Source: Catajapyx aquilonaris | Lineage: Eukaryota | DNA: 64,000 nt | Direction of reading: 5' to 3' | NCBI GenBank assembly: GCA_000934665.2 | Contig: KZ537983.1 | Span: forward strand, 1 to 64,000 | Shown here: positions 37,001-48,387 of the stretch, piece by piece | Position numbering within the stretch: position 1 is the first letter of the stretch | How the letters are laid out: the number at the start of each line of letters is the position of its first letter | Notes under the pieces: model-generated | The model's database searches: none | What the model saw: only the letters and a program-made list of their open reading frames with translations | Told to the model about the DNA's origin: nothing | Made by a program: the position numbers and the translations under genes

Positions 37001-37848
37001 TTTCAAGTCAGTCTCAAAGAATTCTATATGCACATTGCAAATCTCATTTCTTTTCCCAAATACTACATTGCGCCAAGGGCAATTAAAATAAGGGATGGTG
37101 GAAACATCAAATTCTTTTGCGATTCGGAATCGGCGGCATATAGTGACATTGGCACATTTCTGTTGTATACGCATCACTACATCTGAAATAGAACATGTGC
37201 TTGTGGTCATTTTCTTTACATATTATACTGTTGTCAAGTCATGCTCTTACTGTGCCACTTGCTTCCTGGAATAGTGACATTAATTAGAGAATATGTTTTT
37301 ATCCCAAATTTGTTATATGCACTGGCATAAAGTGTTGGTACCACGCCTTCAGGTGCAGCCATCACATATGAATGTTTCATGTCTACGCAATCTGGGAAAG
37401 AAATGAAACAAAAATTACGTGACCATCTCGTCAACAATCATTGGGCAATACACTTTTTGAATAAATGCACACCTGTATTTGTAGTAGTATTTATGAACTC
37501 CACAACGCAATCCTTATCTGTCACGTCCGGCACAAATGCTGAGAGCTGAAAACACAATACCTTCCATAACTTATGCACCTGAATTGCTAAACATGATGAA
37601 ACAAAGCATGGCCTGTCTATGCAAGGCACAAGTCTGATGGTGGCAATAGGTCCTTTTGTGGGTCGTACCTGGTGGGAGCATGAGACGGTCTTGTTATTGG
37701 AGCAGACCTTGAACTGGACCTCATGGGTGTTGGTGGGGGTTGGAATCAGAGAGCCTCGGACCTCTCTCTGCCCCCAGCCGGACATGAGCAGCGGCAGAAG
37801 GAGGATGCAGAGGGTGCCAGGAGGCACTGCTCTTCCCTGGGGGCCCAT
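34058..37848 (-). CDS. Interleukin-17 receptor-like type I membrane protein with cytoplasmic SEFIR domain (8 coding exons)
   Basis: Signal peptide (TLCILLLPLLMSGWG); Cys-containing beta-rich ectodomain; TM AITVALIVVSAIIMGGVVGMCI. The spliced cytoplasmic part KKVLLVYRVSHDKHLECVRKLKEHLVANCLVDVFL...DPHSW...VDAVIVVASP...MCVIFPY...DLP...RFKLPQQFNSMLSRIH follows the SEFIR box pattern, then EHGRQL and an acidic tail. Confidence 0.8.
36168..36228 (-). mobile_element. Very short 3' stub of the same RTE-like family as 6321-6490
   Basis: 11-bp direct repeat TGTGATATCAA at 36157-36167 and 36229-36239; (CAA/CAC)n tail; CATTTCCCTATAAGGGGCAGTCAG versus CATTTCCCTATGAGGGGTAGTCAG in the first copy. Confidence 0.75.
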
Positions 37849-38419
37849 CGCCCCCTCAGCCAGCAGCCGGACAGCAGTGATGATGGTCTCCAGCTGCAGC
37901 GATGACAGTTGGCCCGGGAGCCACTACCATATCAGGCATCAGCCAGCAGACACGAGCAGACACCCGTCCCTCCTCCTCGAGGCCTCGCCCAAACGGGTGC
38001 GCACGCCGGACTTTGCCCCCACCCTTCGCCAGTGGCCTGCAACTTCCTGGTCAGCACCGGGCGGCGAGCGGGGAAGAACCCGGCCGACCAGTTGTACAAC
38101 TACGCCCTACAACCTAGTATTGGCTCATGCAAGTTTCAGCCTCGATTGGTGTCTGCGCGGGCCCCTTCCCGTCGCTGCCACTAAAACTGACCACAGCCCT
38201 CTCCATTCCAACCACTCTTCTCATGCCAACACACTTCACAATATTTTTTGATAAATCCAACGCGTTGCAACAGTCGCGTAATGGTCTTTAAATTACTCAT
38301 GTCTCTCTAAACACATGTTGCGGCCATCTCGCGGCCTTGTCGCGCATGGGAATTGATCTGCACAAATTTAACGAAATAAAAATTTTGTCCGTTGTTATGT
38401 TGGTATTTTAACAACAAGG

Positions 38420-38429
38420 GGGACATCCC
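38420..38429 (+). promoter_or_regulatory. Candidate NF-kB/Rel site upstream of the first ASB gene
   Basis: GGGACATCCC fits GGGRNWYYCC and lies ~30 bp before an Inr-like TCAGTT (38457-38462) in the divergent IL17R/ASB intergenic region. Confidence 0.35.
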
Positions 38430-38594
38430 GCCTTCCTATCGAGAGAATATACACCTTCAGTTTTGATCCCAGAAGCAGCCGACTGCAGCAGACGAGACAA
38501 ACAGGTCTCAAGGTCTGCAGGTCTGCAGCACACAGTATCACCATCCCGTCCTGCCTAGATACCCCGCACATCAGATTAGAAAACTGGCCTCGAC

Positions 38595-39563
38595 ATGGAC
38601 GAGTATTTACAACGTACGGTCAAGTGGTCATTGCAGTGTAGCTATCACTACTCACCTTAGCATGTACTGAACGCCAACAGTACAATTTGTGACTTTGTTA
38701 TCACACCATCCATACTACCGTGGTCAACCGTGGTCCATACTCTCATTTCAGCCATGTTGCAATCATTCCCACTCCACCAAGCAGCTCGCCAAGGACAAGT
38801 TTCTGTGATGGAGGACCTTCTCCGTCGCGGCTATAATGTCAATGGGATGGAGTACGACCGTGTGACACCTCTCCATGAGGCATGCCTGGCAGGGCAACTT
38901 GAATCAGTGTGCTTCCTGGTTCGGAGCGGTGCTGAAGTCAACTTTGCCAACATCGACAGTTCCACCCCGCTTTGTGATGCTTGTGCTGGTGGACATGCAC
39001 ACTGTGTTCGCTACCTCCTTGAAAACGGTGCCCTGGTCAATCCACCATTTGTACTCAGCACTCCTTTGCACGAGGCAGCACTGAGAGGAAATGGTGAATG
39101 CATCCAACTCCTCATTGAATCTGGAGCGCTACTCGAGGCACGTGACTGCCATGTTGGGACTCCATTACACGCTGCATGTTCCAGGTACTATCCAGACCAC
39201 ACTTGTGTTGAGGAATTGCTCAAAGCAGGTGCTGATGTTGACGCTCCACAAGTGCATCGACGGCCCCTACATTGTGCAGCATCATCTGGAGACAAGGCAC
39301 TCAAGGCAGTGGAGTTGTTATTGGTACATGGAGCCAACTGGACACTACTAGACAATCAAGGGCGAAGGGCCAAAGACAGAGCTGAGATTGGGAGTGAGGT
39401 TTATCACTTGCTGGACCAGTGGGAACACAACCCCAGGCCGTTACGCCTCCTGGCATGTTGGGTAATACGAAAGAGAGTGGGACCAACAAAGTTGCCTGCT
39501 AAGCTGCACAGGTTGAAACTCCCACCATTGATGGCACAATATGTGCAGTCCCCAACGTTGTAA
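38595..39563 (+). CDS. Ankyrin repeat and SOCS box protein, ASB13-like
   Basis: A 19-nt first exon (38595-38613) splices in phase to 38752. Six ankyrin repeats (TPLHEAC, IDSSTPLCDAC, RDCHVGTPLHAAC, as in ASB13) and a C-terminal SOCS box PRPLRLLACWVIRKRV...LKLPPLMAQYV. Confidence 0.88.
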
Positions 39564-39626
39564 CTCACCCAATCCTATTTGGAATAAACACTCATTAAAA
39601 GCGTTCATTTGGCCTCGTTTTCAGAC

Positions 39627-39660
39627 CAGTGGTCCCCAACCTTTTCGTCATGACGCCCCC
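39627..39660 (+). mobile_element. Possible hAT (Charlie-like) terminal fragment
   Basis: CAGTGGTCCCCAACCTTTT start typical of hAT MITEs; no matching second end found; next to an N gap. Confidence 0.35.
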
Positions 39661-40945
39661 CTTTTTTCGTTTTCACCAAACACTCATGCNNNCCCCCCCC
39701 CCCCCCCCTCCACGTCACGTTACCTGTTCTTCCTAAATAAATCAATAACACTTACGTATGTCAGCAAAAGGATATATTTTTATTACAATGTCAGTGCATT
39801 TCAGTCCATAACTTTTCAGATTGCAGCTTAAACATTTGTTTAGATGACAGAAGAAGCATGGAATTGAAAATTCCACCCAATTACGGTACTAGACTTCCTC
39901 ATCATGATGTTTTTTAATGTCAAGTAATACGGTTTATCATCATTCTAATATAGCACAGTGTTTAAGGCAATTATCAGAAACCAACACGTTTTGTAACAAG
40001 CATTGGTTGTCAGGAACACATGACCATGATGTGAAATTGTAGCAAACCCAAGCTACCAGGTAGGATTAGATGAGCAACAGCAGCCCCGTCCCTTTAGCTG
40101 CTCTAAATTTGGAGCAGCCTAATGGGCAGAATCAATATCTTTTGGCCCATGTGTTTGCATAGAGTTGCACAGCCAGTAATTGAGTCTGAGTACTTTCCCC
40201 TCCACCCACTATCACCTCTTCTCCAACCTGTCCCTTTCCCCATCTTACACATGAGCAGCATTGACGTCAGTCATCAGGATCCGACAACTGGTGCAGGCCG
40301 ATTGATCCTTCATCCCGCCCAAAGACTGGCAGATCCTTAAAACTAAGACTAGGCCTGATACTAAAAAATTCCTATCTGCAGACTGCTTTATGGCAACTGG
40401 GTCCTTCTGCCTCACAATCATGGATGTGACCTCCAACATATTTGATAAGAATAGCTTTTAGTCTTGGTGATGTAAAAATTTGGGTGAATAAAAATCAACA
40501 TTTGGAACCCAAATATTTGAGATTCATCAATTTCACAGCCCCCAATTCAGTTCCTACACAAACATTGCCCCATTGCTCATGTTTGTCCCCAGGTATAGTT
40601 CTAGCAACATGGCAACACCTGGGCCATGGCCATATTCACCCACTCTTCATCTTCCACTGTGACACAAGTAGAAAGGATTGCAGAAAAATAAAATGCAACT
40701 TTTTCAGTTACTTGCACTGCACCACAGCTAGATATCACTATTCCATAATTATCATGTGCGTTGAGGTTTTCTGTAACTCCGACATAATAAGGCAGACATT
40801 CAGAGATATACTCGTAATCGCTTGCCAGGTGCAACCCCTCTCACGGCTTATGTGTCACTTCATAAATTGTGTTGTTGTAGGATAAATCTTACATCGGTGC
40901 ATGAATGGAGATTCCCAAATGGCAACATCTGCGTCAACGCAGATG

Positions 40946-43396
40946 CTAGCGGAGAAGGATCTGCTGGGCAACATATCTGGGAAGCCCTAATGTGTGCACC
41001 TTTTTCTCAAACTCCCCAATGCCCAGGGCCCGACGTACTGCCAGGATGCTGAGAAATTGCAGGCGCCTCGGCCCTGCCTGCTCCAACTCTGTAAGGTACT
41101 CGTATACCTTCCCATCATGGCTTGGGCAGACATCCTTGGGTCTAACACTGCCATCAGGCTGGCTAAAAACATTTGCCCCATACTTGACGAGGCATTGTGT
41201 GACCTCCAAGTGCTCACCCTTAACCGCTTCATGTAAGGGAGTGCAGCCTTCGTAGACAGGATTAGGGGCGGCTCCTTCCCACAGGAGGGCTTCGACACAT
41301 CGCAGATGAGCATTGCGGGAAGCTGCATGCAGAGGGGTACCTGACCCCACCTTGCTGGCATTAACTTGTGCATCGTTATCAATCAGTGTCTTGACAACTT
41401 CAATGTGGCCTGTTATAAGTTGAGCAATCATTAAATTTTATGACTAATTGCATGGTACCCCATGTAATATTGTGATGCAAGGGCAAGCAGTTTTCATCCA
41501 GATTAATCTTAATATTTTTAGTATTAAATTTTTTGGGCATTACCTCCAATCTGACATAACAAGGACACCACAACAGGCAAGTTCACCTTCAGTAGCAGCC
41601 TCATGCAAAGGAGTTGGTAACCAGGAAAATCGGTTGTTCACTTCAGCACCACACTCTAGCAGGTAATTCACAACGGATAGATGTCCCCTCCTAGATGCAT
41701 GTGCAAGAGGAGATGGGCCTCCATGCTCGTCAACTGTGTTCACCTTCCCGTAAAAAAATAATCAACTGTCAGTGAAGCTAGTTTGAGATAGTTATGATTG
41801 AGCCTTACTAATTCCATATTATCGCTTCTCGGCTCAATGAGCTAAGATCAAATGTGTAGTACTAATTCCATATTTACGTACATAAGACAAGATTTCTTTC
41901 AAGGCATGGATCATGATTATTTATCCTGCAGGTAAAGCAAGTTTATGAATATTTTGTTGTGTGTGGTGATGGCAGAAAAATTTGAAGCAACAATGGATTT
42001 TGCCAAACACAAGAGTTGGAAAGTAGCCAAGAATTCCCCCACTCTCTGGCTCCAAGCCCACATTTCTCACCTATTCTCCTTCATTACTCCCAGCAATGTA
42101 ATCTGGTAAACTGAATAACACAAACACATTTTGAAGGAATGGCATTCTTCCATATATGTTCCTGCCACAGTAATATGCCAAGCTGAATAGTTTGAATCTA
42201 GCAAATATCTCACTCGTTGCTTAATAATAATTTAGCGATTGTTGCAATTTTCATTTTAAGATAATTCCTGGATAAATATCCAGTTAATCATTGAGTGACA
42301 GTTTTTTTTTGCCATCCATACACTAAAAACTGAACTCGGCATAACAAATCCATGCAGATTGTACTTGTCATAAGTTGCTGGAGAGGTTTTGTCAACAATT
42401 AATAACAAGCGCAATTTGGCCAATTTGTTTTATGTCATTCAAGCCGCTTACGTGTGAGCAATTTGTTGCAGTGATTACGCCACCAAGCCGTAATAATAGT
42501 GGCAACCATATATTTTCACCCCAAACAATCATATTGGTCAAATAGCTCACCTGTAAACATGGCTTTAAGGGGGCGCATGAGTAAAAATAAGGTAGGCGCA
42601 TTTTAGAGGGAATTTTATTTTTTGTGGCGAAACGGACGGTTAATCGGAAAAATCACGCCGAAGGTGCCCTGCGGAAAGCTCGCATTGTTACCGATTGTTA
42701 CCGTATTTTTTTACTAATGCGCCCCCTTAAGCGGGGTTGCACTGGCTCCCGGAAAATTGGTCTGGCCAAAGAAGAGCCAAGATAGTTTGTTATCCATTGT
42801 TGACAGAATTGTTGACAATAATGAATAACAAGCTAACTGGTCTCTTCTTCAGCCATACAAATTTTCCGGGAGCCAGTGCAACCCAGCCTTAGAGCTTGCT
42901 ACCCTCCGTATTCAATTCCTGTCCCCCATAAAAGGCCTATTACCCACCATGGCACCATTTCTCACGAGGAACTCCACGACATCCAGCTTCCCCGACTCGC
43001 AGGCCTCTTGCAAAACAGCAATCTTTGCGCACGGGTCAAAGTAGTTGACGGACACCCCCCTTGCCACCAGCCTCTTGACCTTCCGCAGATCTCCCTCCCT
43101 GGCGGCCTGCAGGATCTTCCACCCATCCAGCGCTGCAACAGAGCAAGCATTAATCGACCCAAAGTGCAAACCACAACCACAGCGTTAGTACTAGGGGCCT
43201 TGGCTAGATCCCGGTGGGTGGTGAACTTGGCCCAAAGCGCTGTCATATGCAGGTATGGCTCAGTGGCCTCCTGGCCCAGTCGCAGGTCGGGCAGGTCGTC
43301 CAGCACTGGCACCTGGTACCTGTCGTCGATCAGATGCTGTCGCCTCTTCTCCGGCCAAGGGTCGTCATCCCAGCAGCTGCTTCCACCGTCTGCCAT
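40946..43396 (-). CDS. Ankyrin repeat and SOCS box protein (4 coding exons)
   Basis: Exons 43396-43192, 43132-42948, 41743-41587 and 41409-40946 join in frame. Ankyrin motifs (AAREGDL, LQEACESG, TPLHEAA, TPLHAAS); SOCS box PRRLQFLSILAVRRALG...LGLPRYVAQQIL. Confidence 0.85.
41821..41861 (+). pseudogene. 3'-truncated U2 snRNA retropseudogene
   Basis: ATCGCTTCTCGGCTCAATGAGCTAAGATCAAATGTGTAGTA corresponds to U2 nt 1 to ~40, flanked by the perfect 15-bp direct repeat TACTAATTCCATATT (41806-41820 and 41860-41874). Confidence 0.9.
42569..42726. mobile_element. Kolobok-type MITE (TTAA target, RR...YY termini)
   Basis: TTAA|GGGGGCGCATGAGTAAAAA ... TTTTTACTAATGCGCCCCC|TTAA. Confidence 0.75.
42730..42888. 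mobile_element. PIF/Harbinger-type fold-back MITE
   Basis: TTA|AGCGGGGTTGCACTGGCTCCCGGAAAATT ... AATTTTCCGGGAGCCAGTGCAACCCAGCC|TTA; almost the whole element is self-complementary. Confidence 0.8.
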
Positions 43397-44688
43397 GGCC
43401 GAGTGTCGCGTGGGAAGTGGCGACGACGCATCCCCAAAGGCACTGCTGATACCCCCATCCCCATGCCAATTCAGCAGTGCCTTTCGCTATGCACCACCTT
43501 AAGGGCGCCACTTTTCAACTATGTGTGTCTAGCTAGCTTGCCAAGGGTTTTATTTTAAGCCCCGGTTTTTCCATTCGCCCGGTCGTTGGCAGGCACCCAC
43601 CACCACTGAGCTTAATAGATGGTTGGCGCACAGGTCACTGACCACCCGCTCCCTGGATCGATCGTCGCTCGTCACCCCCTCGTCACCCAGCAGCTCCCCC
43701 ACCCCTTCAGCTCTAAAAAAGAGTCTATGGCTATGTCTTCCTGCAGCACTGTTATTCGGTCTCGTCACGCCTGCCTTCCAAAGTGGCTTGTCTCGCAATC
43801 GGGCTCGTCTCATGCAACCTGCATGCTACGGCTGCAGGGAGGCCTCCCTACAGGACGAGTAACCAGCAAGTGCACAGGAGGAGACGCAAGTAAGAGAGGG
43901 GGTTATTGCGACAGTGCGTTTGGTGGGGTTGGCATGGTGCCAGGTAGGATGTGCTCAATTGCATAGTTCACCGTCAGGGTAATTTTAATCAATGTGGTAG
44001 TACGCATTGTACGGTCGTGTTAAGGGTGTAATGAAACTGTGTTTTGGGCGGAGATATTAGGTTTTGTGCCTCTCTAGGCGGGTAGCGAGGACCTCCTCAT
44101 TATCCGCTGGGAACAGCCAGGATGATGATATGATGACTTTTAGTGGTGAGATTTACCCGAGCGTGCCAACCAATGACGTTGCTATCCGTGGCTTTTAAAA
44201 TATAAATTTCTTCACTAATCTAGGTTCCAGAATGTTCTAGCCTATTTTATTGATACCTATAAATAAAAAGCGGAGCAACTACCTGATTATTATTTCATGA
44301 ACCATGATCAATACTTCTGAGGATCAGGTCAAAAACATTGAAGCAAGGTTAACAGCCATCAAGTGCATGCAGCAAGTTGCGTGTAAATAATGGAGGTTAT
44401 AAAGTAGTGTAATTACGCCTAATGGTAGTGGCTAGCCAGAGAAATTACCATTTAGCTAGTACAGGACTAGTATGGTCTGTGTTGTGTGTATACGGTTACA
44501 AACTACAGTCAAAAGCTCAACCACAATCTGATCAAAATTAATATTAGTGTGGTAAAAATATATATTATGCAAGGGTGTTTTTCTGCCCAAGTTGACAATC
44601 TAAGACAAGGGAAAGTTAGACAAAGTTACACATGAAAACATATCCTGCATGTCTTCATTGTACTGAATATATGTGTCTTGATTCTAGA

Positions 44689-46409
44689 ATGAGCCTGTCA
44701 CCAAGTGAAAAGTCCCAGAAGGAGCGGGTATGGGAATGGCTCCTGCAGCGGTGGGGTGACATGCGCTCCCTCCGCCTGCCGCCAGGACTTTTCCCACCTG
44801 CCTGGGCCTACACCACTTGGGCGCCTGTGTCCTTCGCAGCAGCTCCAAGCACCTTGGATGATGTGTTCAGAAGCGAAGGCAGTGGCAACGAAGAAGTAGG
44901 GGCGCGGAGTAGTGGAATGAGCCTGATGTACCTCATGCGTGCTGCCAAGACAGGCCGACTCAGCCAGGTGGACCAAGTGTTCAGGAGGCGATTTGGCACC
45001 TTCTGGAAACCTCGGTGGAGCCAGAATCAAAGGAGCGTCAATGGTAGCAGCAGGGTCAACAGAAGAGACGAATTTGGCGGGACACCTCTCATGGCAGCCT
45101 GCGTGATGGGGGTGGCTGAAGCAGTCCGTTTGCTCCTGCAGCATGGTGCACAGGTGGATGCAGAGGACAACGATGGGTACACGCCTCTGTGGTGTGCCGC
45201 TTTTCTTGGGGAGGTAGCATGCCTGCAAATTCTGGTGCAGTTTGGAGCTGTGATCAACCAGGACTGCGGACCCAGCTCACCACTGCATGCAGCAGTTTGT
45301 TCTGGTCAGTGGTTCGCAAAACACAAATTGAATTTATGAACTTTTGTTACGGCACAGTATCCACAAACTAACCTCACACTGATCTTGTCTTTCATAATGT
45401 TACTTGTAAAACACTATGAAAAAATGTACAATTGGTAACTTATGTAGTGAATACATGACCCCACAGGTAACGTCCAGTGTGTGCGACTCCTGCTAAGAGC
45501 TGGTGCCAATGTCGACTCAACCCACAACACGCACCTCTCTAGAACTCCACTACATGCAGCTTGCTCCAGCCAACTACTGCAACATGTGGGCTACTATGAA
45601 GGACTGTTCCTATCACCCCAGAAGATCCAAGCAGCCTTTGACATAATACAAATACTGCTCAATGCAGGTACTGCTACACTTAATATATGTGAATAACAAT
45701 CTCTCAGCCTTGAAGAGCCTCCAATCCACTGACAAGAGTTGTGGTTCATGGACGGGGTCTAATGACTGAATACATGATCAATTAGTAAATCCACATCCTA
45801 TGTGAATAACAAGCATGAACCACTTGCTCTAGATTTACTGTCAATCATGCAGTCAGCCTGAAATGAAATGTTACAGACACTGTGTAATGATCGCATTGGT
45901 ATGAGGCTCCATTTGTAACAAAATGCTCTTTAACAACAATGCAATGCCTTTGTTGGCAGGTGCAAAGGTGAATGCAACTGACAGAGATGGCAACACTCCC
46001 CTGCACTGCCTCATGCAGCACATGAGCTCGGTCCTCCTCATGGAAGGGATTCTGCTCTTGGTTTCCCACGGTGCTAATTGCAGCCTACAAAACAACCATG
46101 GATGCACTCCACGGTTAATACGGAAGGTAACAATTATATCGGCTACACTCGGTGTCGCTTTGAAAGTGGTGGTAACACGTCTACTTCCAGTATTGCTTGT
46201 CGCAGCGCCTGTCTCGCTACCTGCAGCACCTGGAAGAGAATTGGCCCCTGCTCCCACTTCAGTTCCTGTGTTACTTGGCCATTCGAAAGGCATTGGGACC
46301 TCGAGATTTGGAATCCAAAGCGGCCTCCCTACAACTGCCTCGCAAGCTGCAGAAAGGAGTCCTGCAGCCGCTGCAAATATTTGCCCACGATGGGATCCAG
46401 CTCATCTGA
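44689..46409 (+). CDS. Ankyrin repeat and SOCS box protein (4 coding exons visible; start uncertain)
   Basis: Exons to 45304, 45467-45667, 45960-46126 and 46191-46409. Ankyrin motifs GGTPLMAAC, GYTPLWCAA, SPLHAA, RTPLHAAC, GNTPLHC; SOCS box PLQFLCYLAIRKALG...LQLPRKLQKGVL. Confidence 0.8.
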
Positions 46410-46594
46410 GACCACCAGATCCCACCTCTATTTTAAAATCCATGTGACCTTGCATGCTGACAATAAGCTGTGTGTTGTGATTACTCCCTCACTCAATACT
46501 CTTACGCTTCCCTTTTTCTTATTGCAAATAAATGCTGTGATGACATTCCATTATGAAAAATTAATTACCGTAACACAGATACACTTTAACACTT

Positions 46595-47275
46595 TCAGTC
46601 ACTGCTATCCTCCACTTCCTCGATTAATTTAGTCCTCTTTGTAGCGCTACACTCAGTTTCCTCATCTTCACTTGAAGTGTCACTCTCTTCATCGCTAACA
46701 GCTTCGTCTTCCTCGCTCTCATTCTGGTCATCTTCAAAGAGGGCCAAGTTCTGCGGAATAAAGCTAGCATTAGGAGTGGTGCTCTTGGAGTGGCTGCCCA
46801 TAAGTTCCTTACCATCTCCACGTACGGCTCTGATGAACTGTCCACATGCTCGATATTGACCCTGTCCTCCCCTCCTTCCTCCTTCATCTCCTCCATCAAC
46901 TTCTTGTTGGCATCTTCCATCTGCGGCAAGAACGACTTGACTCTATCCAGAATCGAGTTGGCTTCCACCTTGTAGGTGCTGTTTCCGCCAGACTTCCTAC
47001 TTTGGCACAGCAGTCGCCACACGGCTGCATCTCGTGCTGTACAATGCAATAAGTACATAAACAGCTGTAATTTTTTGACATATTTCAGGTAATGCTGTCA
47101 AAGATGCAGCCTTTTGAGTCAAGCAGTGTATGACACAATCGTGGACAAAATTAACCTCAATCTATTAAGTATCTATCTGCATCTCGTCCCAACCCACAAC
47201 CTGCTCTCTCCAGACATGGGAAAAGGTAGAAAAGGAGACTCGAACTTTACCACGTGAGGCGTCTTTCTCCGCCAT
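46595..47275 (-). CDS. NOPCHAP1: NOP protein chaperone 1 / C12orf45-like (DUF4598)
   Basis: Three exons. SILDRVKSFLPQMEDANKKL...VNIEHVD...YVEM|NLALFE followed by an acidic tail ending KLIEEV matches the family pattern. Confidence 0.75.
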
Positions 47276-48030
47276 CTTTGGACTGGCACATGGGCAGAGA
47301 TTGCGCGTGGTGATGTAGTCAGGTGTAATTCCGACTGCCATGTTTGTACAGGCAGAATCGCGCGCCATGATTTGAATTGCAAGTTTCCATTTATTTATTT
47401 TTTTGACATCCAATTATCACGGCCAGTAATAAGATGAAAAAGTCAATTATTGTGCTGCAAGTCATGAAATTTTTTGACGTAGAACGACTAAAAATGTGGT
47501 CTAGTCACCGTATCTATTGGTATTGAGCCGAATTGTCATGGCCTGAAAAAGTCATTGATTCCCATTAAAATTGCACTGCTACCTGCTGAAATTGATATCA
47601 GCCTGGTACTTTCCTATGTATGATATAACGACCGTCTATTTCATACGTCCATCAAAATACGTACCAAACAAAGGAACATAATTGTAGGCTATGACATGCT
47701 TCATGTTGCTTTCTGCAGGACTCAACAAAGTAAATCCCAGCAAATGGAAACTTGTTACACTACACATTTCTTCAGCAGTGCAAGGAAAATTGACAAGAAA
47801 TGTTTCGACTTGGTTAATAATAAACAATGATGGCTTTTTGGTCGATCACTGTCAATGAAAGAAAATCAAGCACAACAAATTCTTAATAAGAAAAAAAAAA
47901 ATCTCAAGGCATTATAAAATGCGACAGTGTTCTCAGGAAGTTACGCTTAATATGTGTAAGAGGTCCTGATTTTAAATGGTCATTAGTTCAATCATCAAGT
48001 GGCAAATATTTTGCCTCACACAACGCCTTA

Positions 48031-48387
48031 TCTTAGACGAGACTCGCTACGCTTGGCAGTGGGGCTGCGTACCCCCGCTGCCAGGGTATGAAAAAACGGT
48101 GGGGCAAATGCGTCCCAACGTTGACTATGTCTAAAATTAGAGGAAGACTTGCCCTTTCATATGTATATCTCAGTTCAGTTTCTCGACTGAAACTTCTGAA
48201 TTAAAAGTGTTCAATTACTTTCTGATTTGCCCTCGTAATTAAAGTCACCACATATCGAGATTCGAGTGTATAGAATGGAAATTTTTACAAACAAACACAC
48301 TTCCTAAAATACTGCATATGTAGGCCCTACCCCTATACCTTTACCAGCACCCCCAACATACCCGGTCAGCGCCGGGTAACCTGCTAG
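48031..48387 (+). mobile_element. Helitron-like non-autonomous element (5' boundary tentative)
   Basis: 3' hairpin ACCCGG-TCAGCG-CCGGGT then CTAG|T at 48384-48388; GC-rich hairpin at 48054-48083; possible A|TC start at 48030/48031. Confidence 0.55.

Noticed and set aside
44120..44325. ATGATGA boxes suggesting a C/D snoRNA
   Set aside because: No suitably spaced CTGA with a terminal stem, and no recognisable rRNA guide.
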